Assembly (NCBI GenBank): GCA_964035545.1
Contig: OZ037773.1
Coordinates: 10,755,751-10,819,750, forward strand
From: Bugula neritina
Taxonomy: Eukaryota; Animalia; Bryozoa
Direction: 5' to 3'
Length of the DNA stretch: 64,000 nt
Both the position numbers and the translations under genes were made by a program. Numbering within the stretch: the first letter of the stretch is position 1; every line of letters begins with the position of its first letter. Below are positions 12,005 through 40,300 of the stretch, piece after piece. Under the pieces are notes generated by a model. The model was not told where the DNA came from, searched no databases, and saw only the letters and a program-made list of their open reading frames with translations.

Positions 12005-13820
12005 ACTCACTGTTGGTAATGGAATGTTCTTATTGGCAGCATAATCTTGGTTTTATTTTGGTCACCTTATTATTAAAATATTTTAATAATACATATATTA
12101 TGCTGTATATCTGAAGAACTTGCTGGTAGTTACATCTACATGAATTTGATAGCTAATGGAAATGCTACTTATGAATTTGTGTTATCTTCTTCTTTAGTAT
12201 TCTTCAATGCATTATTTATATTCAGTTGTGCTGATTGTACCCTTCATGTGTAGATTTGCTGATATATACACATATCAGTCTTAATCTCTATTTAATGCTC
12301 TAAATATTTGTCAGTATCCGTTACACTCTAATATTATACACAATGTTTTTGTAAGAATGAGGATTAGTTGATGACAGTATTCAATGTTTTATAGTCTAGA
12401 ATCGAAGTGATACAAATAAAACATTTGGGCTAAAACAAAGTTGCAGCAACAAACCTGATTCAAAAAAATAAAATCACAATAATTATGAACATTTGTAAGC
12501 ATAGTCTTTAAAAATTTCTAGATAATTGCATAAAGCTGTTTAATCTGTAAAGTTGTGTTTTTTACCCCAAGTTCTCACTGTTCAATAACTTCTGCTACTA
12601 GCTGAATAACTAAATGATTCCTTAGTTAAATACGATAGAATACATGTAAATTATATTTTATTCAATAAAACTGCCAATCATATTCGGTTGTCGGTACATG
12701 GCACTTGAGGAAGCTCGTTCAAAGAATGACCTCACCATGAATCAAATAGGGGCGTGGTAAATGCCGAGACGGGAAATACAAGTATTAACCTTAGCTTGTA
12801 TTCCTGAACGTAAAATGCCATAGTGAGAGTGGCTACTTTTGTGCACCTCTATTTTACAGACCAAGGAAAGTGAAGATCAACAGCACAATGACAATACCAC
12901 CATAAGTACAAGAATCATTCACTTTGTTATCGTGATTGAATGATTTTCTTTCTTGATGTTACTACAGTTTAGGTTTTAATCATAAGGCTTAGCCATAGAG
13001 TTAGAGAAAAATAATTATATAAAGAGAAGAACCAAATAATGAATTTTTAGTTGTTATCTGAAAATTGAGGGGTGATAATATACGATGTAGCTAGTGCTTC
13101 AGCCTTCAAGTTCAAGTGATGATAAAGTTATTCTCTTACTCAAACTCATATTCATATGGTCATAGTGATACTGATACAGCGATGGTGATAGTAAGACTCT
13201 AAAAAGTATGATAGTCATTATGATTAGAGTTAGTCTTTGACTAAGACTTGGTGATATACTTATACTGTAACTTATAGTGGTAGTAATTACATTGAATTTG
13301 ATAGTGATAACACATATTCATAACACTTATTCTTATGAGTAACAGTAACTTATTGTTACTGTTATGTAAGTCATTATGTATAAGTATAAGTATAACAGTT
13401 TGAGTTATTGAAATTATTGAGTTGAACTTGATGTTATATTCATTGACCATTGTGATGCGTTGTAACTAGATTTTAATAATGATGTTAGCACTCACACTGA
13501 TGCTGTTATAAAGTTTTAGTTGTTTATGAACTTACAGTTAGGTTACTGCTAGTATATACTTGTCTTATCTGGAAGGTGGTGGTGGATGTCTGCCAAACTT
13601 ACTAAAATGAAGGAAGACACACCAAGGATGGTGAGGTGACGAAATGCCAGTAATAACTGGTGAAGTCACCAATCATCAAGACTCTGAGGCACCTCCTCGT
13701 GGTCACCATTGGTAACTGGTTCTACCAGGCTAACAGCTCAGGGATCTGTGGGAGCTACACCCAGACAGAAAAGACAGGCTTGTGACATCCTGCAAGGGCG
13801 GTTATTCTTCACTCGATGAA

Positions 13821-14078
13821 TTATATCCGGCCAGTCACTGCGACTACACAGAGTCTGAGCTCGTCTTGGATCATCCTTGCCAGCTCAATTGACACTGCAT
13901 AGTGGAGAGGGCTGCTGTGCCAACTGGCAAACCACACAGTAGCCTCACAAATTCTTGCCAGCACATGTTGCATCATGAAGTCACAAAAGAAAGAATACTC
14001 AGGGGATATCTCTCGGCAAATGGCAGATGCTGTCACTTGACAGACCCAGATGGAGACTAATGATACACCAGAAGTCAT
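13821..14078 (-). pseudogene. Degraded non-LTR (RTE/L2-like) reverse transcriptase fragment
   Basis: GC-richer island. The translation VCQV...ISPEYSFFCDFMMQHVL...SPLHYAVSIELA...DEL follows the spacing of the RT motifs GVRQG..LSP.LF...D..M...L.YADD..L.A....EL, with the catalytic DD lost. Confidence 0.4.
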
Positions 14079-14198
14079 AGTCGGACACGACAGACAGCAA
14101 GATGATCTGGAAGCTTATGTCTTACTCTTATATTTTATTTACAATCTGAATTATATTGTTGATAATAATAATCACCCGCTTATAACTATAACTTATTA

Positions 14199-14200
<2 letters not shown>

Positions 14201-14279
<79 letters not shown>
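14201..14279. repeat. (TA)n microsatellite
   Basis: About 39 TA units. Confidence 0.97.
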
Positions 14280-14281
<2 letters not shown>

Positions 14282-14526
14282 CAATAGAGTAATAATAATA
14301 CAGTATTATAGTAACATTAGTCTGAGTTGAGCACATTTCGAAAGTACTTATTTGCTCTATCTGATTCTATAGAATATTGGAATTCATTGAATTTGAAATA
14401 TTTAAACAATCAGTTGCAGTAACTATGTCATCTAGTGATCTAGCTAATTGTATCCAAGCTTATAACTGTTAGTATGCGTTAGAAAGTTAGATTTTTCATC
14501 ACATTTCAGTAGATTTGTATGGGAAG

Positions 14527-17500
14527 ATGCCTTCGTCTAATGATGCCATGAAATACACCATATCAGGGCTATGTGGAGTGGTGTTTGGTATAGCTGCCGA
14601 AAAGGGGCGGGTCCATCATCCAACAGTCATCAGGGGGCAAATGGATTTTTCTACTTTCACCATGATGAAGATGTTTCTAGGAGCTTCTGCTGCTGGTGTG
14701 TGCTATGTAATACTAGTACTACCAGTGTGTGTGCTATGTAATACTAATACTACCAGTGTGTGTGCTATGTAATACTAATACTACCAGTGTGTGTGCTATG
14801 TAATACTAATACTACCAGTGTGTGTGCTATGTAATACTAATACTACCAGTGTGTGTGCTATGTAATACTAATACTACCAGTGTGTGTGCTATGTAATACT
14901 AATACTACCAGTGTGTGTGCTATGTAATACTAATACTACCAGTGTGTGTGCTATGTAATACTAATACTACCAGTGTGTGTGCTATGTAATACTAATACTA
15001 CCAGTGTGTGTGCTATGTAATACTAGTACTACCAGTGTGTGTGCTATGTAATACTAATACTACCAGTGTGTGTGCTATGTAATACTAGTATTACCAGTGT
15101 GTGTGTGCTATGTAATACTAGTACTACCAGTGTGTGTGTGCTATGTAATACTAGTACTACCAGTGTGTGTGCTATGTAATACTAATACTACCAGTGTGTG
15201 TGCTATGTAATACTAATACTACCAGTGTGTGTGCTATGTAATACTAGTACTACCAGTGTGTGTGCTATGTAATACTAATACTACCAGTGTGTGTGCTATG
15301 TAATACTAGTATTACCAGTGTGTGTGTGCTATGTAATACTAGTACTACCAGTGTGTGTGTGCTATGTAATACTAGTACTACCAGTGTGTGTGCTATGTAA
15401 TACTAATACTACCAGTGTGTGTGCTATGTAATACTAGTACTACCAGTGTGTGTGTGCTATGTAATACTAGTACTACCAGTGTGTGTGTGTGCTATGTAAT
15501 ACTAGTACTACCAGTGTGTACTACTGTGTAGGTATGATATCAATTTCTCTACTCTCGATGCTCTCCAACTCAACAAGAATGAAGGTTGAAAAAGCTCGGA
15601 GCCGTTTCCTGTCCGGACTGAAGGGGAAAGGTTTGGTGTGTTCTCTGCTCGGTGGGGGTCTGCTAGGAGCTGGTATGACAGTCGCTGGAACCGTAAGTAT
15701 TCGTATATATACTTACTTTTAGTATATGCACACTTACTATTTGTTAGTATATACACTTAGTTAGTGTGGGCTGTACTCTTAGTGCCCTGGCATGGTGTAT
15801 GTCCAAGTTGGATCTCAGCTACACAATGCTTTATTCTCATTGGCTGGAGGATTTCTTGGAGCCTTTGCTTACTCTGTCCTTCACCCCACTGTGTCGGCTC
15901 TCACTGGTTCTACACTCTACAGGTGAGTATCAACACAGCTCTAACTACTGAGTATCAACACAGCCCTAACTACTTAGTGCTGTCACAGCCCTAACTACTT
16001 AGTACTGTCACAGCTCTAACTACTTAGTACTGTCACAGCTCTAACTACTGAGTACTGTCACAGCCCTAACTACTTAGTGCTGTCACAGCCCTAACTACTG
16101 AGTATCAACACAGCCCTAACTACTTAGTGCTGTCACAGCCCTAACTACTTAGTACTGTCACAGCTCTAACTACTGAGTACTGTCACAGCTCTAACTACTG
16201 AGTACTGTCACAGCCCTAACTACTGAGTATCAACACAGCCCTAACTACTGAGCACTGTCACAGCCCTAACTACTGAGTACTGTCACAGCCCTAACTATCG
16301 AGTACTGTCACAGCTCTAACTACTGAGTACTGTCACAGCCCTAACTACTTAGTACTGTCACAGCCCTAACTACTTAGTACTGTCACAGCTCTAACTACTG
16401 AGTACTGTCACAGCTCTAACTACTGAGTACTGTCACAGCCCTAACTACTGAGTATCAACACAGCCCTAACTACTGAGCACTGTCACAGCCCTAACTACTG
16501 AGTACTGTCACAGCCCTAACTATCGAGTACTGTCACAGCTCTAACTACTGAGTACTGTCACAGCCCTAACTACTTAGTACTGTCACAGCCCTACCTACTT
16601 AGTACTGTCACAGCCCTAACTACTGAGTATCAACACAGCCCTAACTACTTAGTACTGTCACAGCCCTAACTACTGAGTACTGTCACAGCCCTAACTATCG
16701 AGTACTGTCACAGCCCTAACTACTTAGTACTGTAACAGCCCTAACTACTGAGTACTGTCACAGCCCTAACTACTTAGTACTGTCACAGCTCTAACTACTT
16801 AGTACTGTCACAGCTCTAACTACGTAGTACCTTCACAGCCCTAACTACTCAGTATTACTGTTGTGGTAGTGGCAAGCAGATAGCTGGCAGCAGAGACTAC
16901 ATCTCCACAGCTCTACCTTTGGCAGCAGTTCTCGTCTGTTCAGTGTTTGCTTTAGAGCAGCTGCAGCCATCCAATGTGAGTATGTTTCATCTCTTGTGTC
17001 TATAGTAAGTGTACAGTAAGTGTATAGTAAGTGTACAGTAAGTGTATAGTAAGTGTATAGTAAGTGTATAGTAAGCGTATAGTAAGTGTATAGTAAGTGT
17101 ATAGTAAGCGTATAGTAAGTATGTAGTAAGTATATAGTAAGTATATAGTAAGTGTATAGTAAGTATATAGTAAGTGTATAGTAAGTATATAGTAAGTATA
17201 TTATCCTGATGTCGTATGTTATTCAGCACTCTTGGGGTACCAACGTCTTGGCCACACCCTCCTGGCCTCCTTACATTGCTGGTGCTGTAATTGGTCTCTT
17301 ACAAGTCCCTCTTGTCCTGGCTGTCCGAGACACCCTTTCCACCAGCACCAGCTACTTCACTGCCCTTTCTCAAGGTCTGATAACTCCGAGACTGAGGAGA
17401 GCTTTTCCCCATCTAGCTGGATACAGAGAGGCTTCGTGGTGGCAGGTAAGTGACAGTCAGTTCTCTCTCTATATTATACATTATGTGTGTAGTTCTCTCT

Positions 17501-18551
17501 CTATATTATACATTATGTGTGTAGTTCTCTCTCTATATTATACATTATGTGTGTAGTTCTCTCTCTATATTATACATTATGTGTGTAGTTCTCTCTCTAT
17601 ATTATACATTATGTGTGTAGTTCTCTCTCTATATTATACATTATGTGTGTAGTTCTCTCTCTATATTATACATTATGTGTGTAGTTCTCTGTGTAGTTCA
17701 CAGCTCTTTTACCAACTTTTAGATGTTGTTTGTGGGCGGGGCTATACTGGGTGGTTTCCTGTCTGCGCAAGCTTCTGGGAGTCTCACTAGCAGCTCTCCG
17801 GTCAGCCAATCACAAGCGCTGATGGGCGGAGCTATGATGGTTTTTGGCTCTCGATTGGCTGGCGGCTGCACCAGGTATGAACATAGTCACATGTTAAGTA
17901 TATATAAACATAATATAATAATATTGAGTATATATAAACATAGTATAATAATATTGAGTATATATAAACATAGTATAATAATATTGAGTATATATAAACA
18001 TAGTATAATAATATTGAGTATATATAAACCTAGTATAATAATATTGAGTATATATAAACATAATATAATAATATTGAGTATATATAAACATAATGTAATA
18101 ATATTGAGTATATATAAACATAGTATAATAATATTGAGTATATATAAACATAGTATAATAATATTGAGTATATATAAACCTAGTATAATAATATTGAGTA
18201 TATATAAACATAATATAATAATATTGAGTATATATAAACATAATGTAATAATGTTGAGTATATATAAACATAGTATAATAATATTGAGTATATATAAACA
18301 TAATATAATAATATTGAGTATATATAAACATAATGTAATAATATTGAGTATATATAAACATAGTATAATAATATTGAGTATATATAAACATAGTATAATA
18401 ATATTGAGTATATATAAACATAATATAATGGGCAGACAACTCTTTCAGTGGTCAAGGTCTCAGTGGAATACCCCTGCTAGTTGGTGACTCATTCATAACT
18501 GTGGCAGCCATGTTTGCTGGAGCCATAGCCACCCACGCTCTTCTCTTCTGA
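14527..18551 (+). CDS. YeeE/YedE family (TsuA-like, Sulf_transp) thiosulfate/sulfur-compound membrane transporter (~349 aa, 7 exons)
   Basis: Exons 14527-14695, 15532-15692, 15783-15922, 16870-16975, 17227-17445, 17723-17874, 18449-18551; GT-AG, 1050 nt. Gly-rich multi-TM protein with GVVFGIAAEKGRV..P.VIRGQMDF..F.MMKMFL, GG.LLGAGMT.AGTCPG, WPPYIAGAVIGLLQ and GG.MMVFGSRLAGGCTSGQGLSG. An upstream exon is not excluded. Confidence 0.9.
14696..15518. repeat. 31-bp tandem array (GTGTGTGTGCTATGTAATACTARTACTACCA) in transporter intron 1
   Basis: About 26 copies, starting at the donor GT. Confidence 0.95.
15924..16855. repeat. 25-bp tandem array (TACTGAGTACTGTCACAGCCCTAAC) in transporter intron 3
   Basis: About 37 copies; the first unit overlaps the GTGAGT donor. 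Confidence 0.95.
17001..18429. repeat. Three distinct arrays in transporter introns 4-6: 11-bp TATAGTAAGTG (17001-17200), 32-bp AGTTCTCTCTCTATATTATACATTATGTGTGT (17459-17690) and 30-bp TAGTATAATAATATTGAGTATATATAAACA (17890-18429)
   Basis: Seen directly; separated by exons 5 and 6. Confidence 0.92.
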
Positions 18552-19175
18552 ACCAAATACTGACAGGAGAGTCTCCAGCAGGCTGGCAGGTCTCCCCCTC
18601 ATTGTCTCTCATGTAACTCAGCTGTAGAACCTCAGTCTACTCTATTTAGTCTTCATGTCTGCACGGGTCAAGTTATCTAGTTATTAGCTAGTTGGTGCAC
18701 AGTTTTATTAACTTTACACATTCTTGTCTTACTTTAAATTATTCTCTATTTAATCACTCACTACATAATGTATTGCTGTATTTATTTTTACTTCTTTTAT
18801 TGAGATCTCTTTTTTCTTGCTCACTTCTAATGTTTCAGGTAAACACAATCAAAACACTATTTCAATGATATCTCTGCAATTACACGAAAATTGTATTTTA
18901 AATTATATAAATTTTGACCTTTTGAACTATTTTGATTTCTGTATCCATTCCTGAACTATTCTGACACTATCCAAAACATTATTATAATAAATAATTATTA
19001 ATATAAAAGTTTATTATTGGTAATTTATATTGATGAAAGCTCGAATCAGTTTATTTGATAATTTGAATGAGCTTAAGCTATAATCAATAATGGATGATTT
19101 GTCAACTATCCACTTGTAACATAAAACTGCAGTTCTACATAACTTTAGGTTTAGGGTCAGGGAAAAATAACTCTG

Positions 19176-19297
19176 AAGCAGATCCGAGTTGGGGGTGAAG
19201 GACGATTTTAAATTAGGTGTCCCATGGTTGAAGTTACGTCCTCAAATTTAAGATATAAAACCATCTTTCACCCCCGACTCAGAGCTGCTCATAGACC
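19176..19297. mobile_element. Short foldback/MITE-like element
   Basis: About 35-bp imperfect inverted repeat: AAGCAGATCCGAGTTGGGGGTGAAGGACGATTTTA (19176-19210) versus TAAAACCATCTTTCACCCCCGACTCAGAGCTGCTC (19256-19290). Similar to 3467-3536. Confidence 0.55.
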
Positions 19298-20485
19298 AAT
19301 TCAAAACGTACAAAATAAAATTGCTTAGCCTTAGAGAACCAACAAACTTGAACTCTTTAGTTTCATAATGTCAGTTGAAGTTGAAACTACTATCCAAATA
19401 ATATATTGTTTACCAGGCTATTGAAAACCGGAAACACTTACTCAAAACACAGTCATGTCTTCCTAAATTCAACTAGTCTATGGCTAATTCAGTAATTGCT
19501 TGATTGTTACGCCATATGGTCATATTTCAATGCTGAAAGACATTTGTTTTTGAAGGCTGAAAAGTGAGCTTAATAGTAATACTAATTGGCATAAAACCAA
19601 CGGCAACGCCAACTGTGAACAGAGTCTCATTTTGAGTTTCATCACGTCGGAGACCAATCACTATCAGTGATAGTATCACTATCAGTGTCACTTGTTGACT
19701 GGTGTACTCAATCTGAGTCTTGCTTCTTAGGACTATTTAGTAAATAGTAAATTACTGACCGTTACACTAAAACTGATGCTTATAGTAATAGTGATATTCA
19801 TACAAACTACGGCCATAATTTTCATTTAAACTTATTTTATTTTTATTTTGTTATCAACATATCATTTTATATTTAATTTTATGGTTATACTTATACAGTT
19901 ATACTTATACTTATAGTGTTATAGTTATACTTGTACTATAAGTTATTAAGTATAAGATTAAATATAAGTATAACTGTTATACTATAAGTATAATAGTAAT
20001 ACTCTTATACTATGTCTATAGTTATACTTATAATTATAGTTATACTATTACTATTAGTATTAATTATAGTTATAGTCATACTGATTGAGTGATGGTGATA
20101 CGAAGTGAGTTAATGTTAGCACTGATGATAACATTAATTCACCATATAAAAATTATAACACTTGTAACACCTAAAGGCTAAGCCTAATGCTCTTTATAAT
20201 CGCTATCAGTGATGATGATAACCATAATGATAATGACAGTAAATGTAATGGCTAATGAATAATGGCCAAAATTCATGACTCAGTCTGAGTCTCATCAGTG
20301 CCTCTTGTGTTGTTTAATACTTTGTTTTAATTTGTCATATGTGGGAATAAATAGATTTTAGTGTGTAGCCAGAAATAGTAAGACATATAGTCTTCAGCAC
20401 ATAGCTGATCTAAGTTTGTTTTATAAAGTAATATCTTCAAACCTCTAATGTTTCGAGAAATAAATAAGTGTTGTATACTAATATT

Positions 20486-21252
20486 ACTATCATGTAGATA
20501 TACTACTATCATGTAGATATACTACTATCATGTAGATATACTACTATCATGTAGATATACTACTATCATGTAGATATACTACTATCATGTAGATATACTA
20601 CTATCATGTAGATATACTATCATGTAGATGGGAAGCTGTGTAAACAGTTAACTAGCCAATTTGTATTATCATTGAGATATTTATTACTAGGGTTGTCATT
20701 ATCATAACGATTATGATTAAATTGAATTTAAGTAAGGACTTCAGAAGTGAGGACTTTGTTGAAGTTAATTACAGAAATTTTAAAAATAGTATTGTTGGTA
20801 ATGATTCTTTCAAATCAAATACTAAACTTGGTGATTAAATTGCAATATTATTTTGGTCTTTACTCGATCATCAGTGTTATTTATAAACATATTAGCTCTC
20901 TATATATTATATTCTATAACATCTGCATAGTATATCTAAGTCTCTATATATTCTATTCTATAATATCTGCATAGTATATCTAAGTCTCTATATATTCTAT
21001 TCTATAATATCTGCATAGTATATCTAAGTCTATATATATTCTATTCTATAATATCTGCATAGTATAATATAACTCTCTATATATTCTATTCTATAATATC
21101 TGCATAGTATATCTAAGTCTCTATATATTATATTCTATAATATCTGCATAGTATATCTAAGTCTCTATATATTCTATTCTATAATATCTGCATAGTATAT
21201 CTAAGTCTCTATATATTCTATTCTATAATATCTGCATAGGATATCTAGCTCT
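20486..21252. repeat. 21-bp array (TACTACTATCATGTAGATATA, ~20486-20629) and 44-bp array (TCTCTATATATTCTATTCTATAATATCTGCATAGTATATCTAAG, ~20897-21252) upstream of the RAB4 ATG
   Basis: Seen directly. The 44-bp array is followed by TTTGTTTTAG (21268), so it may lie in a 5'-UTR intron. Confidence 0.88.
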
Positions 21253-21336
21253 ATAACTTTGTTTTAGATATCAATTGAGTGGAACAGACATCATTATAGC
21301 TGAATAAGACTTCATTGTCAGCGGATCTGAGTCAGT

Positions 21337-36360
<15,024 letters not shown>

Positions 36361-36832
36361 CACAACCCCTCCTACTACTGGTCCCACCACCTCCCCTACT
36401 ACTGGTCTGAGGATTCTTCTACTCTATATATTATTCCTGCAATTTCTACAACTGTTTTATCTATTTATACATTAGTAGACAACTCTTAATTTGTGACTTT
36501 CTCTCCAGTTCACATGTGCATTTTACAGATAAGATGCTGTGTTCTCTCTCTTTATACGTAACTTGTTTGCTGTTGAGTATTTGAGATTCTATTTTATTAC
36601 TTGCATGTACATATTATAATAGATAAGCATGTCTATCTATTCTTCATAGAGTATATAGAGTGTATAGAGACTCTATAGTATAGTATATTCTACTCTATAC
36701 CAACAACTCTGCTATCAATAAACTAAATCATTGTATTCAAATCAAGTAAACAAATATTTCTTTATTATGTAGATTAAGATTAAGATATAAATCTAATGTA
36801 AGTAAATAGAACGCATATCACAGTAAAGTATA

Positions 36833-37290
36833 GTATTATAGTTAGTTTATAGTGTAGTTATTAGTTAGTTTATAGTGTAGTTATTAGTTAGTTTATAGTG
36901 TAGTTATTAGTTAGTTTATAGTATAGTTGTTAGTTAGTTTATAGTGTAGTTGTTAGTTAGTTTATAGTGTAGTTGTTAGTTAGTTTATAGTGTAGTTATT
37001 AGTTAGTTTATAGTGTAGTTGTTAGTTAGTTTATAGTGTAGTTGTTAGTTAGTTTATAGTGTAGTTATTAGTTAGTTTATAGTGTAGTTGTTAGTTAGTT
37101 TATAGTGTAGTTATTAGTTAGCTTATAGTGTAGTTGTTAGTTAGTTTATAGTGTAGTTGTTAGTTAGTTTATAGTGTAGTTATTAGTTAGTTTATAGTGT
37201 AGTTGTTAGTTAGTTTATAGTATAGTTATTAGTTAGTTTATAGTATAGTTATTAGTTAGTTTATAGTGTAGTTATTAGTTAGTTTATAGT
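36833..37290. repeat. 23-bp tandem array (TTAGTTAGTTTATAGTGTAGTTR) just downstream of the SCCPDH stop, probably in the 3' UTR
   Basis: About 20 copies, lying between the stop (37301) and a minus-strand AATAAA (36761-36766). Confidence 0.93.
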
Positions 37291-37300
37291 TGAAGCCTCA

Positions 37301-40300
37301 TCAGATCACCTCAAACTTGACATTTCTCTCTTCCAGTCTTTCTATCAGTGACGTGTTTTTGAATGCAAACCCTGTGGTGAGGACACCGCCACTGCAACAC
37401 ATGTTATAAAATAAGTACAACACACACCACAATAGGTACAACACACACCATAGTAGATACAATAAGCACAACACACACCACAGTAGATAAAACACACACC
37501 ATAGTAGATACAATAAGTACAACACACACCGTAGTAGATACAATAAGTACAACACACACCGTAGTAGATACAATAAGTACAACACACACCGTAGTAGATA
37601 CAATAAGTACAACACACACTGTAGTAGATACAGTAATTACAACACACACCACAGTAGACACAGTAAGTACAGCACACGCCACAGTAGATACAGTAAGAAC
37701 AACATACACCACCGTGTTACAGTAAGAACAACACACACCACAGTAGACACAGTAAGTACAACATACACCACAGTAGATACAGTAAGAACAACATACACCA
37801 CATGTTATACAATAATTACAACATACACCACAGTGTTACAGTAAGTACAACACACACCGCAGTAGGTAGAATGTATGTTAAAGGTGACTTACCCATATGG
37901 TAGCTTACTCTTCTCTTTCAATATTGTGTACGCTGACTCTACGAGACATGAGGAAGTGGCTACATAGCCAGGATCTGGTCCTGATACTTTAACAATCATC
38001 AGTCTGTCTGGGCGTCCACTTCCATCTGGAGAGGAGTAACCATGGCAACGTAATACAACACTGAAACTTTGCTGTTTGATGACTTCTATAGGAGGACCAC
38101 CCTGGTAGACCAGACCACCAGAGAAGAACCGTGGGTACTGAAAGAGAGAAACTTACTTGTAAGTCACTTGCACTGTATGGTATATATTAAATAATACTAT
38201 ATATTGCACTATATACTTACACTGTATATTATATACTATAGATTACTATATATTACACTATATACTTACTTTTATAAGCAAGGACCTCCCAAAGGATGTT
38301 AAACTCATCAACATCAGAATGAGGGCAAATATTGCAGCTGTGATAACTTGAGAGAGAGACCCAACTTTGATATACAAGTTACTGTCCACCTACAGAGTAC
38401 CACAATACACCTACAGAGTACCACAATACACCTACAGAGTACCACAATACACCTACAGAGTACCACAATACACCTACAGAGTACCACAATACACCTACAG
38501 AGTACCACAACACACATACAGAGTACCACAATACACATACAGAGTACCACAATACACCTACAGAGTACCACAACACACCTACAGAGTACCACAACACACC
38601 TACAGAGTACCACAATACACCTACAGAGTACCACAATACACCTACAGAGTACCACAATACACTTACAGAGTACCACAACACACCTACAGAGTACCACAAT
38701 ACACCTACAGAGTACCACAATACACCTACAGAGTACCACAACACACCTACAGAGTACCACAATACACCTACAGAGTACCACAATACATCTACAGAGTACC
38801 ACAATACACCTACAGAGTACCACAACACACATACAGAGTACCACAATACACATACAGAGTACCACAACACACCTACAGAGTACCACAATACATCTACAGA
38901 GTACCACAATACACATACAGAGTACCACAACACACCTACAGAGTACCACAATACATCTACAGAGTACCACAATACACATACAGAGTACCACAATACACAT
39001 ACAGAGTACCACAATACACCTACAGAGTACCACAATACACCTACAGAGAACCACAATACATTACTTTTCTTAACATCAAAAATAAAGAGTTGAAGTAGAC
39101 TCACTGGGAGAACTTGGTTAGCCACAAACTCTTCTCGCTGACTTCTGTATATCACAGACGTGTCAGCGCCCATAAAAGGAACAAAATATTTGCCGTCTGC
39201 TTCTTTGGTAATATACCTAATCAACATAATGTTATACTGTAATATATCATAACATACGGTGATATACTGTAATATAACATAACATACTGTGATATACTGT
39301 AATATAACATAACATACTGTGATATACTGTAATATAATATAACATACTGTGATATACTGTAATATATCATAACATACTGTGATATACTGTAATATATCAT
39401 AACATACTGTGATATACTGTAATATATCATAACATACTGTGATATACTGTAATATATCATAACATACTGTGATATACTGTAATATATCATAACATACTAT
39501 GATATACTGCAATATATCATAACATACTGTGATATACTGTAATATATCATAACATACTGTGATATACTGTAATATATCATAACATACTGTGATATACTGT
39601 AATATAACATAACATACTGTGATATACTGTAATATATCATAACATACTGTGATATACTGTAATATAACATAACATACTGTGATATACTGTAATATAACAT
39701 AACATACTGTGATATACTGTAATATATCATAACATACTGTGATATACTGTGATATAACATAACATACTGTGATATACTCATAGCTGCACAATATTTTACA
39801 AGTCAGACTGTAGAAACCCACTTTTTGGGAAGTCGAAATGAAGGTTTGGGTAGCTTTGGTTGAGGATTTTGCTTTCTCAGTTGTTTCAACTCTTTCCAGC
39901 TGGCTAAACTGTTGACAAGAGTATTCCATGTGCCAGTGTTTATTCCCAAACCCTAGATAGAGTACAGATAAAATATAGATAATATAATATAGCTATAATA
40001 TAAATATAGCATAGAATATAGATATGTTATATTATATTGAGATGCTAACCTTATCTTTAGAGTCTATACCCAGAAATGAATCAACTGCAGCTAACTTTCC
40101 TATAGAGTATAACATAATACTTTAATACTGAGGTTATAGTAATAGTAAGTATTGTATATAATAATAGTAAGTACTGTATAGTAATAGTAAGTACTGTATA
40201 GTAATAGTACTGTATAGTAATAGTAAGTACTGTATAGTAATAGTAAGTACTGTATAGTAATAGTAAGTACTGTATAGTAATAGTACTGTATAGTAATAGT

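Noticed and set aside
12340-12900. Possible non-autonomous DNA transposon remnant downstream of MCCC2
   Set aside because: No TIR pair, TSD or second copy visible in the window.
14527-18551. Bacterial contamination as the source of the YeeE/YedE gene
   Set aside because: Six canonical spliceosomal introns and host-type intronic arrays, contiguous with animal genes.
36833-37290. Telomere-like repeat (TTAG-rich; also AACCCT-containing at 56.3-57.0 kb)
   Set aside because: Units are 23 bp, not (TTAGGG)n or (TTAGG)n, and are interstitial next to genes.
38314-39929. Repetitive ORFs such as (HLQSTTI)n, (YRVPQYT)n and Cys-rich (VVLCRCI)n
   Set aside because: Intronic 21- and 30-bp arrays; only the embedded 39216-39105 segment is a real SCCPDH exon.
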